Assembly: GCA_025060135.1 (NCBI GenBank)
Contig: JANXCY010000006.1
Span: 16,205 to 80,204, forward strand
Length of the DNA stretch: 64,000 nt
Source of the DNA: Anaerolineae bacterium
GTDB lineage: Bacteria > Chloroflexota > Anaerolineae > B4-G1 > DUEL01
Direction: 5' to 3'
In this document: positions 1-9,422 of the stretch, piece after piece
Position numbering within the stretch: the first letter of the stretch is position 1
How the letters are laid out: every line of letters starts with the position of its first letter
The notes under the pieces: model-generated
Seen by the model: the letters and a program-made list of their open reading frames with translations, nothing else
Database searches by the model: none
What the model was told of the DNA's origin: nothing
Made by a program: the position numbers and the translations under genes

Positions 1-87
1 GATCTGGCAGAGACGGAGCCCCCCACCCAGGAGGAACTGCGTCTCCTGCGGGAGGAATTGGACCCGATGGGGGTGTATCGGTCGTGA
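1..87 (+). CDS. 3' end of a CDS, probably a CoA-transferase beta subunit (GctB-like)
   Basis: Frame 1 reads DLAETEPPTQEELRLLREELDPMGVYRS*. This resembles the TxPPTxEELxxLRExxDP C-terminus of glutaconate-type CoA-transferase B subunits, and it lies upstream of a thiolase. Confidence 0.6.
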   Translation, partial: DLAETEPPTQEELRLLREELDPMGVYRS

Positions 88-93
88 GGATTT

Positions 94-158
94 ACCGCAG
101 AGAACGCAGAGGATGCAGAGATTTTTTTATTCTCTGCGCTCTCTGCGTGTACCGCGGT
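94..158. repeat. Palindromic element built of CGCAGAG-type units
   Basis: accgcagagaacgcagaggatgcagag-(T-rich loop)-ctctgcgctctctgcgtgtaccgcggt. The first 17 nt recur exactly at 22835-22851. Confidence 0.75.
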
Positions 159-171
159 TAAGGAGAAGAGT

Positions 172-1380
172 ATGCGGATTCAGGATGTGGTCATTCTCTC
201 CGCCGTGCGGACGCCTATCGGGGCGTTTGGCGGCGTGCTGAAAGAGATTCCGGCGGCCCGTCTGGGAGCGATCGCCGCCCGGGCCGCGCTGGAGCGGGCC
301 GGCGTCCCCGCCGACGCGGTAGACGAGGTCATCTTCGGGTGCGCCCGCCAGGCCGGCAACGGCCCCAACGTCGCCCGGCAGGTGGCCTGGCACGCGGGCG
401 TCCCCGTGGACCGGCCTGCCTTCACCGTCAACAAGGCCTGCGCCAGCGGCCTCAAGGCGGTTACCCTGGGAGTGCAATCTATCCTTACCGGCGAAAACCA
501 GGTCGTCCTGGTCGGCGGCGTGGAACAGATGTCCCAGATTCCCTATCTCCTGCTGAAAGCCCGCTGGGGCTACCGGCTGGGAGACGACACGGTGGTGGAC
601 GCGATGTACCGGGACGGCTATATGTGCCCGCTGGCGGAGATGCTGATGGGGGAGACAGCAGAACTGCTGGCGGAGCGCTATAGGATTTCCCGCATGGAGC
701 AGGACCAGTTTGCGCTGGATAGCCATCGGAAGGCAGTGGCGGCGTGGGAAAGCGGCGCCTTCGCCCCGGAGGTGGTCCCGGTGGACGTGCCGGGCCCCAA
801 AGGGGAGATCGTCCGGGTGGAACGGGACGAGCGGCCCCGGGCGGATACATCGCTGGAGAAACTGGCAAAGCTCCCCCCGGCCTTTAAGGAAAACGGAACC
901 ATTACTGCCGGAAACGCTTCCGGCATCGCCGATGGCGCGGCCGCGCTGATCATCGCCTCTGCCAACTGGGCCCGGGCCCACGGGGTTACGTCGCTCGCGC
1001 GCTTTGTGGGCTTCGCTTCCGGCGCCGTCCATCCCCGGGAAATGGGGCTGGGGCCGGTTCCGGCCACCCACCGGTTGTTGGAGCGGACGGGCCTTTCCCT
1101 GGGCGATTTTGACCTGATAGAGTTGAACGAGGCCTTCGCTGCGCAGGTGCTGGCCGTGGAGCGGGAGTTGCCGTGGGACCCGTCCCGCCGTAACGTTCAC
1201 GGCGGCGCCGTCGCACTGGGGCATCCCACTGGTTGCTCCGGCGCGCGCATTCTGGTCACCCTCCTCAACGCCCTGCGTGTTCACAACCAGACGCTGGGCC
1301 TGGCCACTCTATGCGTCAGCGGCGGATTAGGGATGAGCGTGGCGGTGGAGATCAGCGGGGAACAATCACCTCACAGATAA
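172..1380 (+). CDS. Acetyl-CoA C-acyltransferase (thiolase)
   Basis: SAVRTPIG, NKACASG (catalytic Cys), NEAFAAQ, GGAVALGHP and CVSGG motifs; AAGGAG RBS. Confidence 0.95.
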   Translation: MRIQDVVILSAVRTPIGAFGGVLKEIPAARLGAIAARAALERAGVPADAVDEVIFGCARQAGNGPNVARQVAWHAGVPVDRPAFTVNKACASGLKAVTLGVQSILTGENQVVLVGGVEQMSQIPYLLLKARWGYRLGDDTVVDAMYRDGYMCPLAEMLMGETAELLAERYRISRMEQDQFALDSHRKAVAAWESGAFAPEVVPVDVPGPKGEIVRVERDERPRADTSLEKLAKLPPAFKENGTITAGNASGIADGAAALIIASANWARAHGVTSLARFVGFASGAVHPREMGLGPVPATHRLLERTGLSLGDFDLIELNEAFAAQVLAVERELPWDPSRRNVHGGAVALGHPTGCSGARILVTLLNALRVHNQTLGLATLCVSGGLGMSVAVEISGEQSPHR

Positions 1381-1391
1381 GTCTCTCCCCC

Positions 1392-1649
1392 TCACGGTCC
1401 CACCCGTCGGCTGATGGCTCCAATGTGGAGACGGACCTCCACTCCAGGAGCCACCTCCATGCGCGCCAGGCCACCCTCCCGGTCCAAGTAGGTCAGTTTC
1501 CCGTAGATACCGCCGATGGTCATCACTTCGTCGCCAACCTGGAGTTCGCTCAGTTGCTGTTGGTATTGGCGACGCGCCCGCCACCGACTCCAGAACATGA
1601 AACCGACCAGTGCCACGATAAAAATGACCAGAACAAGCGTTTGATCCAT
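1392..1649 (-). CDS. yajC: Preprotein translocase subunit YajC
   Basis: 85 aa with an N-terminal TM helix and LQVGDEVMTIGGIYG; GGAGA RBS before ATG 1649. Confidence 0.9.
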   Translation of the reverse strand: MDQTLVLVIFIVALVGFMFWSRWRARRQYQQQLSELQVGDEVMTIGGIYGKLTYLDREGGLARMEVAPGVEVRLHIGAISRRVGP

Positions 1650-1808
1650 GCAAATCTCCTTGCCGTGATGTTTGCCGCCGCAGCCCAATAAAGCCAGTAG
1701 AGCACGCCTGAACAGGCAAAAAGTGGCACAGCGCTGGCCGTTCACCTGTCCCTACAGGCCAGGCGACCTGCGCTTACACAGCCCCCCACTCCCAGAGAGC
1801 CTAAAGGT

Positions 1809-4157
1809 TCAAGCGTGCTCGTATAGCCACCCTGCAATGACCGCCTGGCCCAGAGAGATACCCGCGTCGTTAGGGGGGACCAGGCGGTGAACATACACCG
1901 TGAATCCTGCCTCTTCCAGGAGCGCCCCCACTCTCTCTAAGAGGACTACATTTTGAAAGACGCCGCCGGAGAGAGCCACTTCGTTCAGACCAGTCTCTGC
2001 ACGCAGGCGCCGGCAGACCTCCCGCACCATAGCCGCCACGCCGTTATGAAACCGGGCCGCGATCACGCCGATGGGCACCCCGCTCCGCACGTCCTCCACG
2101 ACGGCCCAGATCACTGGCGCCGGGTCGATCTCCTTCCCCACTCCGAAAAGGTACGCTTCCTCCCCGCTGTCTGCCACCCGCATCTCCAGTTCTATGGCCG
2201 CCTGGGCCTCGTAGTTGATGTTCTGGCGCACCCCGGCCAGTGCAGCGACAGCGTCAAAGAGCCGCCCCATGCTGGAGGTGGGGACCGTATTCAGCCCCCG
2301 GGCCAGTTGCCGCTTTAGGACTGCCCGTTCGGCCTCCGTCGCGGCGGCAACGGGCGGCAGGTCCTCGTCCCAAGGAACCCCCGCCGCCCAGAGATGGGCC
2401 AACGCTGTCCGGTAGGGCCGTCGGATCGCCGCGTCGCCGCCGGGGAGGGGAATGTAGCGGAGATGCGCCGCCCGCCGGAACGACCCGTAGTCCGCAATCA
2501 GAAACTCCCCACCCCAGATAGCCCCGTCCGTACCATAGCCGGTACCATCAAAGGCCACACCGATCACCGGACGGTCGCCCCTCAGGCCGTTCTCCGCCAT
2601 GCACGCGGCGATGTGGGCATGGTGGTGCTGGACAGGCACCAGCGGCAGGCGGTCCGCCCGTTCCCGCGCATAGCGGGTGGCCAGATAGGCCGGGTGCATA
2701 TCGTGGGCCACGACCTCCGGCTCTATCCGGAAAGTCCGCTTCAACTGCTCCACCATGTCCTCAAAGAAGCGCAACGTCTCGTAGTTCTCCATATCGCCGA
2801 TGTGCTGGCTGAGGAAGGCGTAGCGGTCGCGGGTGAGGCAGAAGGTGTTCTTCAGTTCGGCCCCCACCGCCAGGACGGGCCGGACCGGGAAGGGCAGGGG
2901 GACGGGGTACGGAGCGTAGCCGCGTGAGCGCCGGATGGGGAGTTCGGCTCCCAGCACAATCCGGGTAACGCTATCGTCGCAGCGAGCGTGAATCTCCCGG
3001 TCGTGGAAGAGGAAGGCGTCCGCCAGCGCGGCCAGGCGCTCCAGTGCCTCCTCGTTCCGGGTGACGATGGGCTCCTCGGAGTAGTTGCCGGAGGTCATCA
3101 CCAGCGCCAGGGGGAAACCGTCCGCCGGCTCCAGGAGCAGGTAATGGAGAGGAGTATAGGGAAGCATGACGCCCAGGTAGCGATTGCCTGGCGCCACCAG
3201 TGGGGAAATGGGCGCATCGGCCCGGCGGCGCAGAAGGACGATGGGCCGCTGGCGGGAAGTGAGCAGAGCCCGTTCGGCCTCGTTCACCTCGCAGTACCGC
3301 TCCACCGTCAGGAGGTCAAAGGACATGATGGCGAAGGGTTTATCCACCCGCCCCTTGCGCTCCCGCAGGCGGGCCACCGGCGCGTCAGTGGTGGCGTCGC
3401 AGGCCAGGTGGAACCCGCCCAGTCCCTTGACGGCGACAATCTGGCCCTCCCGAATCGCTGCGCGCGCCGCTTGGAGGGCCTCCTCGCCGTAGAGAGGCGG
3501 AGCATCCGGCCCGGCCCGGAACTCCAGGCGCGGCCCACAGACCGGACAGGCATTGGGCTGGGCATGAAATCGGCGGTTCGCTGGGTCGTCGTACTCGGCC
3601 TGGCAATCCGGGCACATCACGAAGGGCGCCATGGTCGTGTTGGGCCGGTCGTAGGGAATGTCCTGAATGATGGTGAAACGGGGGCCACAGTTGGTACAGT
3701 TGATGAAGGGATACCGGTAGCGCCGGTCGCCGGGGTCAAAAAGTTCTCGCAGGCAATCATCGCAAATAGCGACATCAGGGGAAATGGGCACGAATTCCCC
3801 CGGTCGGGCCTCGGAGTGGAGGATGCGGAAGACCTTCACCTTCACCCCCCGGCCTCCCTCCCCCTCTCCCGTATGACGGACAAGGGGGATGGGGGTAATG
3901 GTGATGCGTTCAATACGGGCCAGAGGTGGAGCCTCCGTCCGTAAGCGAGCGAGAAATTCATCCAGGACGGTTTCCGGACCCACCGCTTCGATCTCCACAC
4001 CGGAGGAACTGTTCAGCACCCAGCCGGAGATGCCCAGGCGGGTCGCCAGGTTATAGACGAAGGGGCGAAACCCCACCCCTTGGACGATCCCGGTAATATG
4101 GATGCGGCGGGCCACCGGGCTGGTAGTATGGCTTTCCGTGGGTTTTGGTCTCATCAT
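1809..4157 (-). CDS. hypF: Carbamoyltransferase HypF (hydrogenase maturation)
   Basis: Acylphosphatase-like GIVQGVGFRPFV, two CxxC zinc fingers, KGLGGFHLACDA, QHHHAH, DGTGYGTDGAIWGGE and PPNDAGISLGQ. Start position uncertain. Confidence 0.97.
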   Translation of the reverse strand: MMRPKPTESHTTSPVARRIHITGIVQGVGFRPFVYNLATRLGISGWVLNSSSGVEIEAVGPETVLDEFLARLRTEAPPLARIERITITPIPLVRHTGEGEGGRGVKVKVFRILHSEARPGEFVPISPDVAICDDCLRELFDPGDRRYRYPFINCTNCGPRFTIIQDIPYDRPNTTMAPFVMCPDCQAEYDDPANRRFHAQPNACPVCGPRLEFRAGPDAPPLYGEEALQAARAAIREGQIVAVKGLGGFHLACDATTDAPVARLRERKGRVDKPFAIMSFDLLTVERYCEVNEAERALLTSRQRPIVLLRRRADAPISPLVAPGNRYLGVMLPYTPLHYLLLEPADGFPLALVMTSGNYSEEPIVTRNEEALERLAALADAFLFHDREIHARCDDSVTRIVLGAELPIRRSRGYAPYPVPLPFPVRPVLAVGAELKNTFCLTRDRYAFLSQHIGDMENYETLRFFEDMVEQLKRTFRIEPEVVAHDMHPAYLATRYARERADRLPLVPVQHHHAHIAACMAENGLRGDRPVIGVAFDGTGYGTDGAIWGGEFLIADYGSFRRAAHLRYIPLPGGDAAIRRPYRTALAHLWAAGVPWDEDLPPVAAATEAERAVLKRQLARGLNTVPTSSMGRLFDAVAALAGVRQNINYEAQAAIELEMRVADSGEEAYLFGVGKEIDPAPVIWAVVEDVRSGVPIGVIAARFHNGVAAMVREVCRRLRAETGLNEVALSGGVFQNVVLLERVGALLEEAGFTVYVHRLVPPNDAGISLGQAVIAGWLYEHA
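3839..3895. repeat. C/G-rich palindromic element inside the hypF reading frame
   Basis: ttcaccccccggcctccctccccctctcccgtatgacggacaagggggatggggg encodes PIPLVRHTGEGEGGRGVK. A related intergenic copy lies at 20900-20953. Confidence 0.55.
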
Positions 4158-4222
4158 TGTGGATTTTACCATACCTGGCGGAACACGCAACGGGGCCGGG
4201 TGGGTATGCAGACTGCCTTAAC

Positions 4223-4251
4223 TTGCCAATTCGCCTGGGAGGTGGTATAAT
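4223..4251 (+). promoter_or_regulatory. Sigma70-type promoter of tRNA-Val/murJ
   Basis: TTGCCA-17 bp-TATAAT with extended -10 TG, 12 bp before the tRNA. Confidence 0.8.
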
Positions 4252-4263
4252 TTACCTTAGAAT

Positions 4264-4337
4264 GGGCGGTTAGCTCAGATGGCCAGAGCGCCACGTTGAC
4301 ATCGTGGAGGTCACAGGTTCAAGTCCTGTACCGCCCA
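4264..4337 (+). tRNA. tRNA-Val(GAC)
   Basis: Cloverleaf: acceptor GGGCGGT/ACCGCCC, anticodon arm CCACG-TTGACAT-CGTGG, T arm ACAGG-TTCAAGT-CCTGT. CCA is not encoded. Confidence 0.97.
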
Positions 4338-4391
4338 TAACATACGGGCGAGGTTGCGCCTCGCCCGTATTTGTTCTATCCTCAGAGCCGG

Positions 4392-6014
4392 ATGGAGGAG
4401 ATGGTGCCGCCGGAAAGTGCGGTTGCGGGCGACCAGGTAGCGGTTACCCAGGCCGCTGGCCTGATCTCCCTGGGCAACGTTGCCAGCCGGGTGCTGGGCC
4501 TGCTCCGGGAAATGGTCAAATCCGGCCTCTTCGGCGCCGGACCTTCTGTGAGCGCCCTGAACGCGGCGATCCGTGTCCCCACCGCTATGTATGACCTGCT
4601 GGTGGGCGGGATGATCAGTTCCGCGCTGATCCCGGTCTTCTCCGACTACGCCTCCGGAGAGCACCGGGCCGAGTTATGGCACCTCATCGGCCTGCTGACC
4701 GGCGGCCTGACCCTGACCATCGGCGGATTTCTGCTCCTGGGGGAAATCTTTGCTCCTCAACTGGTCTGGCTGATGGCCGGCGGGCTGGACCCTGCCAGCC
4801 AGCGGCTGGCCACCGAACTCCTGCGGATGGTCCTCCCGGCCCTCTTCTTCCTGAACCTGGCTGGGATCCTTTCGGCAACCCTTTACGCCCTGCAGCGCTT
4901 TGTTTTTCCAGCGTTTACTGTTGCGATCTTTAACGCATCACTGGTGATCACCGCTCTGCTGCTGGGGCCATGGTGGGGAGTCCGGAGTATGGCCCTGGGA
5001 TTAGTGGTGGGGTCCGTCCTGCAGGTGGTCCTCCAGTTGCCCGGTCTGCGGGACGCCCGCATCCGTCCGACCCTGAACCTGCGGCATCCGGCCCTGCGGC
5101 GTATTGGTCAACTCTACCTCCCCGTCCTGATTGGGCTGGTGGTCGACAATCTGCTCTCGGTGATGCTCAGTTACCATCTGGCTTCCCACCTCGGCGGCTC
5201 CGCCATCGCCTGGATGGAGTACGCCGCGCAGATTATTCAGTTCCCACTGGGCATGGTGGTTGCGGCGGTCTCGCTGGCCATCCTGCCCACCCTTTCCCGA
5301 CAGGCCACGGATCCGGATCCCTTGCCGTTTCGCGCGACGCTGGCCCAGGGACTCCGGCTGGTCCTCTTCCTGATCCTCCCGGCCACCGCTTGCCTGCTGG
5401 TCCTCTCCATTCCTGTGGTGGCGCTCATCTTTGAGCATGGGGGGTTCACCCGGGCCGACACGCTGGCCGTAGCAGAGGCCCTGCGCTGCCACCTCCCGGG
5501 CCTGCTGTTCGCCGCGATAGACCAGGTGCTCATCTTCGCGTTCTACGCCCGTAAAGATACCTGGACGCCCGCCCTGGTGGGCATCGGGATGAATGTTCTG
5601 TATGCCCTCTCTGCCATTGCGCTGGCTGCCGCCGGACTCCTAACGCTCCCCCGACTGGTCCTACTCAACTCGGGCAAATGGACCGCCCACGCGCTGACGA
5701 TGCTCTATCTCACCCGACGACAGTTGGGGGGACTGGGCCCTTTTGGCGTGTGGGGGCTGCTGCTCCGGGTAACGATCGCTTCTCTGGTGCTGGGCGTGGC
5801 GGCATGGGGCACTGCCCACCCTCTGGAAGCCTGGGTTGAGCCCGGCCTGTGGGGAGAACTGGCGCTGGTCGGAGGAGCAGGGGGTGCAGGAGTGGCCGTC
5901 TACGTCCTTCTCTGCCTGACCCTACGGGTGGAAGAAATCCACCTGCTGCAGGCCGCGCTGTCCGATGCCCTGCGTAGACAGAGGGTACCGCCAGGACACA
6001 AAGCCACCGGATAA
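4392..6014 (+). CDS. murJ: Lipid II flippase MurJ (MviN)
   Basis: ASRVLGLLRE, GGMISSALIPVF, QFPLG, AILPTLSR and FYARKDTWTP motifs; polytopic membrane protein. Start is 4392 or 4401. Confidence 0.92.
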   Translation: MEEMVPPESAVAGDQVAVTQAAGLISLGNVASRVLGLLREMVKSGLFGAGPSVSALNAAIRVPTAMYDLLVGGMISSALIPVFSDYASGEHRAELWHLIGLLTGGLTLTIGGFLLLGEIFAPQLVWLMAGGLDPASQRLATELLRMVLPALFFLNLAGILSATLYALQRFVFPAFTVAIFNASLVITALLLGPWWGVRSMALGLVVGSVLQVVLQLPGLRDARIRPTLNLRHPALRRIGQLYLPVLIGLVVDNLLSVMLSYHLASHLGGSAIAWMEYAAQIIQFPLGMVVAAVSLAILPTLSRQATDPDPLPFRATLAQGLRLVLFLILPATACLLVLSIPVVALIFEHGGFTRADTLAVAEALRCHLPGLLFAAIDQVLIFAFYARKDTWTPALVGIGMNVLYALSAIALAAAGLLTLPRLVLLNSGKWTAHALTMLYLTRRQLGGLGPFGVWGLLLRVTIASLVLGVAAWGTAHPLEAWVEPGLWGELALVGGAGGAGVAVYVLLCLTLRVEEIHLLQAALSDALRRQRVPPGHKATG

Positions 6015-6037
6015 AATCCCGGAATTCCACCTTCGCC

Positions 6038-6075
6038 CTTCGGATACGGGCAAATGCTTCGGATACGGGCAAATG
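6038..6075. repeat. 19-bp perfect tandem duplication
   Basis: cttcggatacgggcaaatg occurs twice in tandem. Confidence 0.85.
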
Positions 6076-6104
6076 GAGGAACGCAGAGACGGTGAGCCTG
6101 CTCC

Positions 6105-6128
6105 TGCAGGCCAGGCGGTCTGCGCTAC
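6105..6128 (-). repeat. GTAG-type REP-like element
   Basis: Reverse complement reads GTAG-CGCAGAC-CGCCTG-GCCTGCA; same family as 9307-9388, 35474-35550, 43552-43573 and 47999-48047. Confidence 0.6.
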
Positions 6129-6185
6129 CGATAAAAATGCACTAGTCTTGCGCCATCGGGATGCTTTCGCCAGGTGGAATGTGCT

Positions 6186-7028
6186 GTGAATCCCATCAGA
6201 AATCCCAACCCGGTTAGAACGGAGCCTCCTTCGGTACCGCCGGACCGGTACGACCAAGATTACTTTCTCTCCGTCTGCGAGGGATATGAAGAGTTTATCG
6301 CCACGGAAGGGCGAGAACTTTCCCGGCGGCTGCGGGCCGCCTTCGCAGTGGCGGGCATCGGTCCGGGGATGCGGGTGCTGGATGTGGGATGCGGCCGGGG
6401 AGAAATCCTCCGTCATTGCACCCGCGCGGGAGCCGAGGCCTATGGGATTGATTATGCATCAGCGGCCGTTGCCCTCTCTCGGCAGGCAGTGGTGGACCGG
6501 GAGGCGGCTGGCGTCTATCAGGCAGACGCCCAATATCTCCCTTTCCCGGACGGCGTCTTTGACCGGGTGCTGATGTTTGACATCGTGGAGCACCTCTATC
6601 CCTGGGAACTGAACCGGGCTCTTCGGGAAGCCCACCGTATCCTCAAGCCCAATGGCCGGCTGATCATCCACACCGCGCCCAACGCCTGGTATGACCGGTA
6701 CGCCTACCCGCTGGTCCGTCTGGTACGAACGATAATGGGGCAGGGAGCGGCGTACCCCCGAGACCCCCGGGCGATAATTCCCGCCAATGTGGAGGTGCAT
6801 GTCAACGAACAGAGCGGACTGAGTCTCTGGTGGGTACTCCGCCGCAACGGATTCCAGGCCCGGGTCTGGCTGGATACCCCGCCGCAGCACCGCCAGGAAG
6901 GATGGATCCTCCGCCTGGCCCGCCATATCCTCTTTCGCTGGCCGCCCTTCCGCTGGTTCTTTGAGCGAGAGGTGTTCGCTGTTGCCACTCCGATGGTAAC
7001 CAGAAAGCGCCGTCATGACCCTCGGTGA
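6186..7028 (+). CDS. Class I SAM-dependent methyltransferase
   Basis: VLDVGCGRGE, LPFPDGVFD, DIVEHL and LKPNGRL motifs. GTG start is approximate. Confidence 0.88.
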   Translation: MNPIRNPNPVRTEPPSVPPDRYDQDYFLSVCEGYEEFIATEGRELSRRLRAAFAVAGIGPGMRVLDVGCGRGEILRHCTRAGAEAYGIDYASAAVALSRQAVVDREAAGVYQADAQYLPFPDGVFDRVLMFDIVEHLYPWELNRALREAHRILKPNGRLIIHTAPNAWYDRYAYPLVRLVRTIMGQGAAYPRDPRAIIPANVEVHVNEQSGLSLWWVLRRNGFQARVWLDTPPQHRQEGWILRLARHILFRWPPFRWFFEREVFAVATPMVTRKRRHDPR

Positions 7029-7095
7029 GCCTCATCGGAACCACCAGAAATTGGCGGGCGGCGCACTTTCCGGTGCACCACCCGCCCCACCCTCA

Positions 7096-8013
7096 TCACC
7101 TCACGCTCAGCGCGGCCTGGATTTCCTGGAGCAGATGCGTCAGCGCCGGACGGCCCGAGACGCCCACGCGTAACAGGTAGAGATACCGGCTGGAGCCTTG
7201 AACCACCAGGGCCTCCGCTGGCCCCTCCGGCCATTGTTCCTGGAAACGGAACCCCGGTCGTTTTCCCCGGATAACCGCCTCTGCGGATAAAATCTCTACC
7301 GTGCCCATCACCGGGAACGTGGCCTCCACCAGCATCTGAGCCGTATCCTGCGTCAATGGCTCTGCCGGGCCGGGGGCCCACCACAACTCCACCCGTTCTT
7401 CACCTCGCCGCCATATCCGGACGCCAGCGACCCGATCGCCTTCCTGACGGGTGAGAAGGAACTCCTGAGGCACCAGCAGAGTAACCTCCTCCGGCACCTG
7501 ACCGTTTAGGTCCCAGAACGGAATGGGTTCCTGCCGAAAGGGGAACCGGCGGTTGCCCTCTACCGCTGCGGCCGTGTGCACATCTATCAGCAGTCGCCAT
7601 TCACCCGGTATGGATTTCAGCGGTAAATGGAGAGGACGGGAGGAGACATATTTTCCGTTCCCTATCGGCTCCAGCGGGGACTCCCAGAACGGTTCCTGAG
7701 CGTCGGGAGGGAAAACCTGCGCCCAAACCCGGGCCTGAGGGTCCCGTTCGGCCAGGCCCGGCAATTCCACCGTAACGGTTACCCCCTCCAGAGCCGAAAC
7801 CGTCTGCGGAAAGCGGACGCTCAGGGAGACGGGAGGCAGAGGAGTGAACAGAGGTGTCGGCGTGGAGGTAGGCGCCGGAGACGGCGGTGGGCCCGTTGTG
7901 GGCGTTGGCGGCGCAGGAATGCCCCCATCGCATCCGGAAAGCAGGAGGACGCACAACCCCCTGAGCACCCCCTGGAAGGCCGCTGATGCCAGCCTGCGGA
8001 GAGGGAACGTCAT
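7096..8013 (-). CDS. Hypothetical lipoprotein with Pro/Thr linker
   Basis: Signal peptide ending in LLSGC lipobox, then a PT-rich linker and a beta-rich domain; directly downstream of fprA. Confidence 0.7.
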   Translation of the reverse strand: MTFPLRRLASAAFQGVLRGLCVLLLSGCDGGIPAPPTPTTGPPPSPAPTSTPTPLFTPLPPVSLSVRFPQTVSALEGVTVTVELPGLAERDPQARVWAQVFPPDAQEPFWESPLEPIGNGKYVSSRPLHLPLKSIPGEWRLLIDVHTAAAVEGNRRFPFRQEPIPFWDLNGQVPEEVTLLVPQEFLLTRQEGDRVAGVRIWRRGEERVELWWAPGPAEPLTQDTAQMLVEATFPVMGTVEILSAEAVIRGKRPGFRFQEQWPEGPAEALVVQGSSRYLYLLRVGVSGRPALTHLLQEIQAALSVR

Positions 8014-8035
8014 CCGGCTCCCCACCGGAGAGGTC

Positions 8036-9229
8036 TTACCGAACCTGGCGGGCGAAATTTTCGCCGAACATCTCGGCTCGTTTCAGGTCGTCCAGGGTGG
8101 GGCCGCCCCGGAAGGTGAAGGAATCCAGAACTTCCCATTTCAGGGTTTCGGCCAGGCGGCGGAACTCCTGTTCCCCACCACCGCCCCAGCCGTAACTACC
8201 GAAGTAGGCGGCCCTGCGGTTCTGGACCCGCTTGCGGACAGCGACGTCCAGCGCATGGGCCATCGGCGGGAAAAGCCCCCCCTCGTAGGTCGGCGCGCCC
8301 ACGATTACCCCCCGGTTCAGCCAGAGAGCCGGAAGAATGTAACTGATATGGGTCCGGGCCACATCGTAGACTTCCACCGGCACCCCAGCCCGGGAGACCC
8401 CCTGCGCCACGGCGTTCATGACCTTTTCCGTGTTCCCGTACATAGAGCCGTAGATGAGTGTGATGGCAGGATCGCCTTCCCCTGTGGCGTAGCCGGCCCA
8501 ACGGCGATAGAGTTCCATGATCCGCCCGGGATTCTGTCGCCAGACCAACCCATGGGACGGTGCCACCACGTCTACCGGCACCCCGCTCAGTTTCTCCAGC
8601 GCCCGCAGCACCGGACGGCTGAAGACGGCCACGATGTTAACATAGTACCGGAGAGCCTCCCGTTCATAATAAGAGAGATCGGGATACTGATCGTCAAAGA
8701 TAGCCCCCTGGAGCGCGCCGTACCCCCCGAAGCCGTCGCAGGAGAAGAGCACTCTTTGCGTCGTCTCGTAGGTCATCATCGTCTCAGGCCAGTGAACGTA
8801 GGGGGTGTGGAAGAACTGGAGAACATGGGGGCCCAAAGGAAGGGTCTCCCCGTCTTCCACCACGCGTACGTTTTCGGTTACTTCGTAGAAGGCGGCCACC
8901 ATCTCTTTCGTTTTGGCCGTCCCCAGGATGACGGCATGAGGGGCCAGTTGCCGCAGGATCCCCAGGATACCCGTATGGTCAGGCTCCATATGGTTGATGA
9001 CGATGTAGTCCAGTTGCCTGATGTCCGTAACGTCCGCGATCTGGGTCAGAAACTCGTCGGTTTTGAATCCCTTCGCCAGGTCAATGAGCGCTTTCTTCTC
9101 GCCGTTGACCAGATAGGCGTTATAGGAGACGCCTTCTTGAGTAATGGGCCAGTAGCCCTCAAAGAGGTCGGTCGTCCGATCGTTGACGCCGATCCAGAAG
9201 ATACCCGGTCGGATTTCTACAGCAGGCAT
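8036..9229 (-). CDS. fprA: FprA-family flavodiiron protein
   Basis: Metallo-beta-lactamase domain (NHMEPDH, HWPE, SCDGFG, PSHG) plus flavodoxin domain (SMYGNT, FGSYGWGG). Confidence 0.95.
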   Translation of the reverse strand: MPAVEIRPGIFWIGVNDRTTDLFEGYWPITQEGVSYNAYLVNGEKKALIDLAKGFKTDEFLTQIADVTDIRQLDYIVINHMEPDHTGILGILRQLAPHAVILGTAKTKEMVAAFYEVTENVRVVEDGETLPLGPHVLQFFHTPYVHWPETMMTYETTQRVLFSCDGFGGYGALQGAIFDDQYPDLSYYEREALRYYVNIVAVFSRPVLRALEKLSGVPVDVVAPSHGLVWRQNPGRIMELYRRWAGYATGEGDPAITLIYGSMYGNTEKVMNAVAQGVSRAGVPVEVYDVARTHISYILPALWLNRGVIVGAPTYEGGLFPPMAHALDVAVRKRVQNRRAAYFGSYGWGGGGEQEFRRLAETLKWEVLDSFTFRGGPTLDDLKRAEMFGENFARQVR

Positions 9230-9272
9230 GGCTCCCCCTGGAAAATGATGGCAGGATGTATGCAGTGATTCG

Positions 9273-9388
9273 GTAGCACGGGCCGTTGCAGCGAAGGCCG
9301 CCCAGACACAGGCTAACCGCCTGTGCTACATAATAAAGCAGGCTAACAGCCTGCGCTAACCATGAAACAGGCTAACCGCCTCCGCTAC
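9273..9388. repeat. Cluster of GTAG REP-like units (one inverted plus three tandem copies)
   Basis: CAGGCTAAC(C/A)GCCT(G/C)(T/C)GCTA units start at 9309, 9339 and 9368 (period 30/29 bp). An inverted partner GTAGCACGGGCCGTT starts at 9273. Confidence 0.8.
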
Positions 9389-9422
9389 CATTCATGTATA
9401 CGGTCCAAAGGGTGAATAGATG

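Noticed and set aside
4264-4337. tRNA-anchored genomic island or prophage (also at tRNA-Phe)
   Set aside because: No integrase, no duplicated tRNA 3' end seen, and flanks are housekeeping genes.
9307-9388. Tandem ~30-bp units as a guide-RNA or CRISPR-like array
   Set aside because: Spacers are only 7-9 nt and the units match the dispersed REP consensus.
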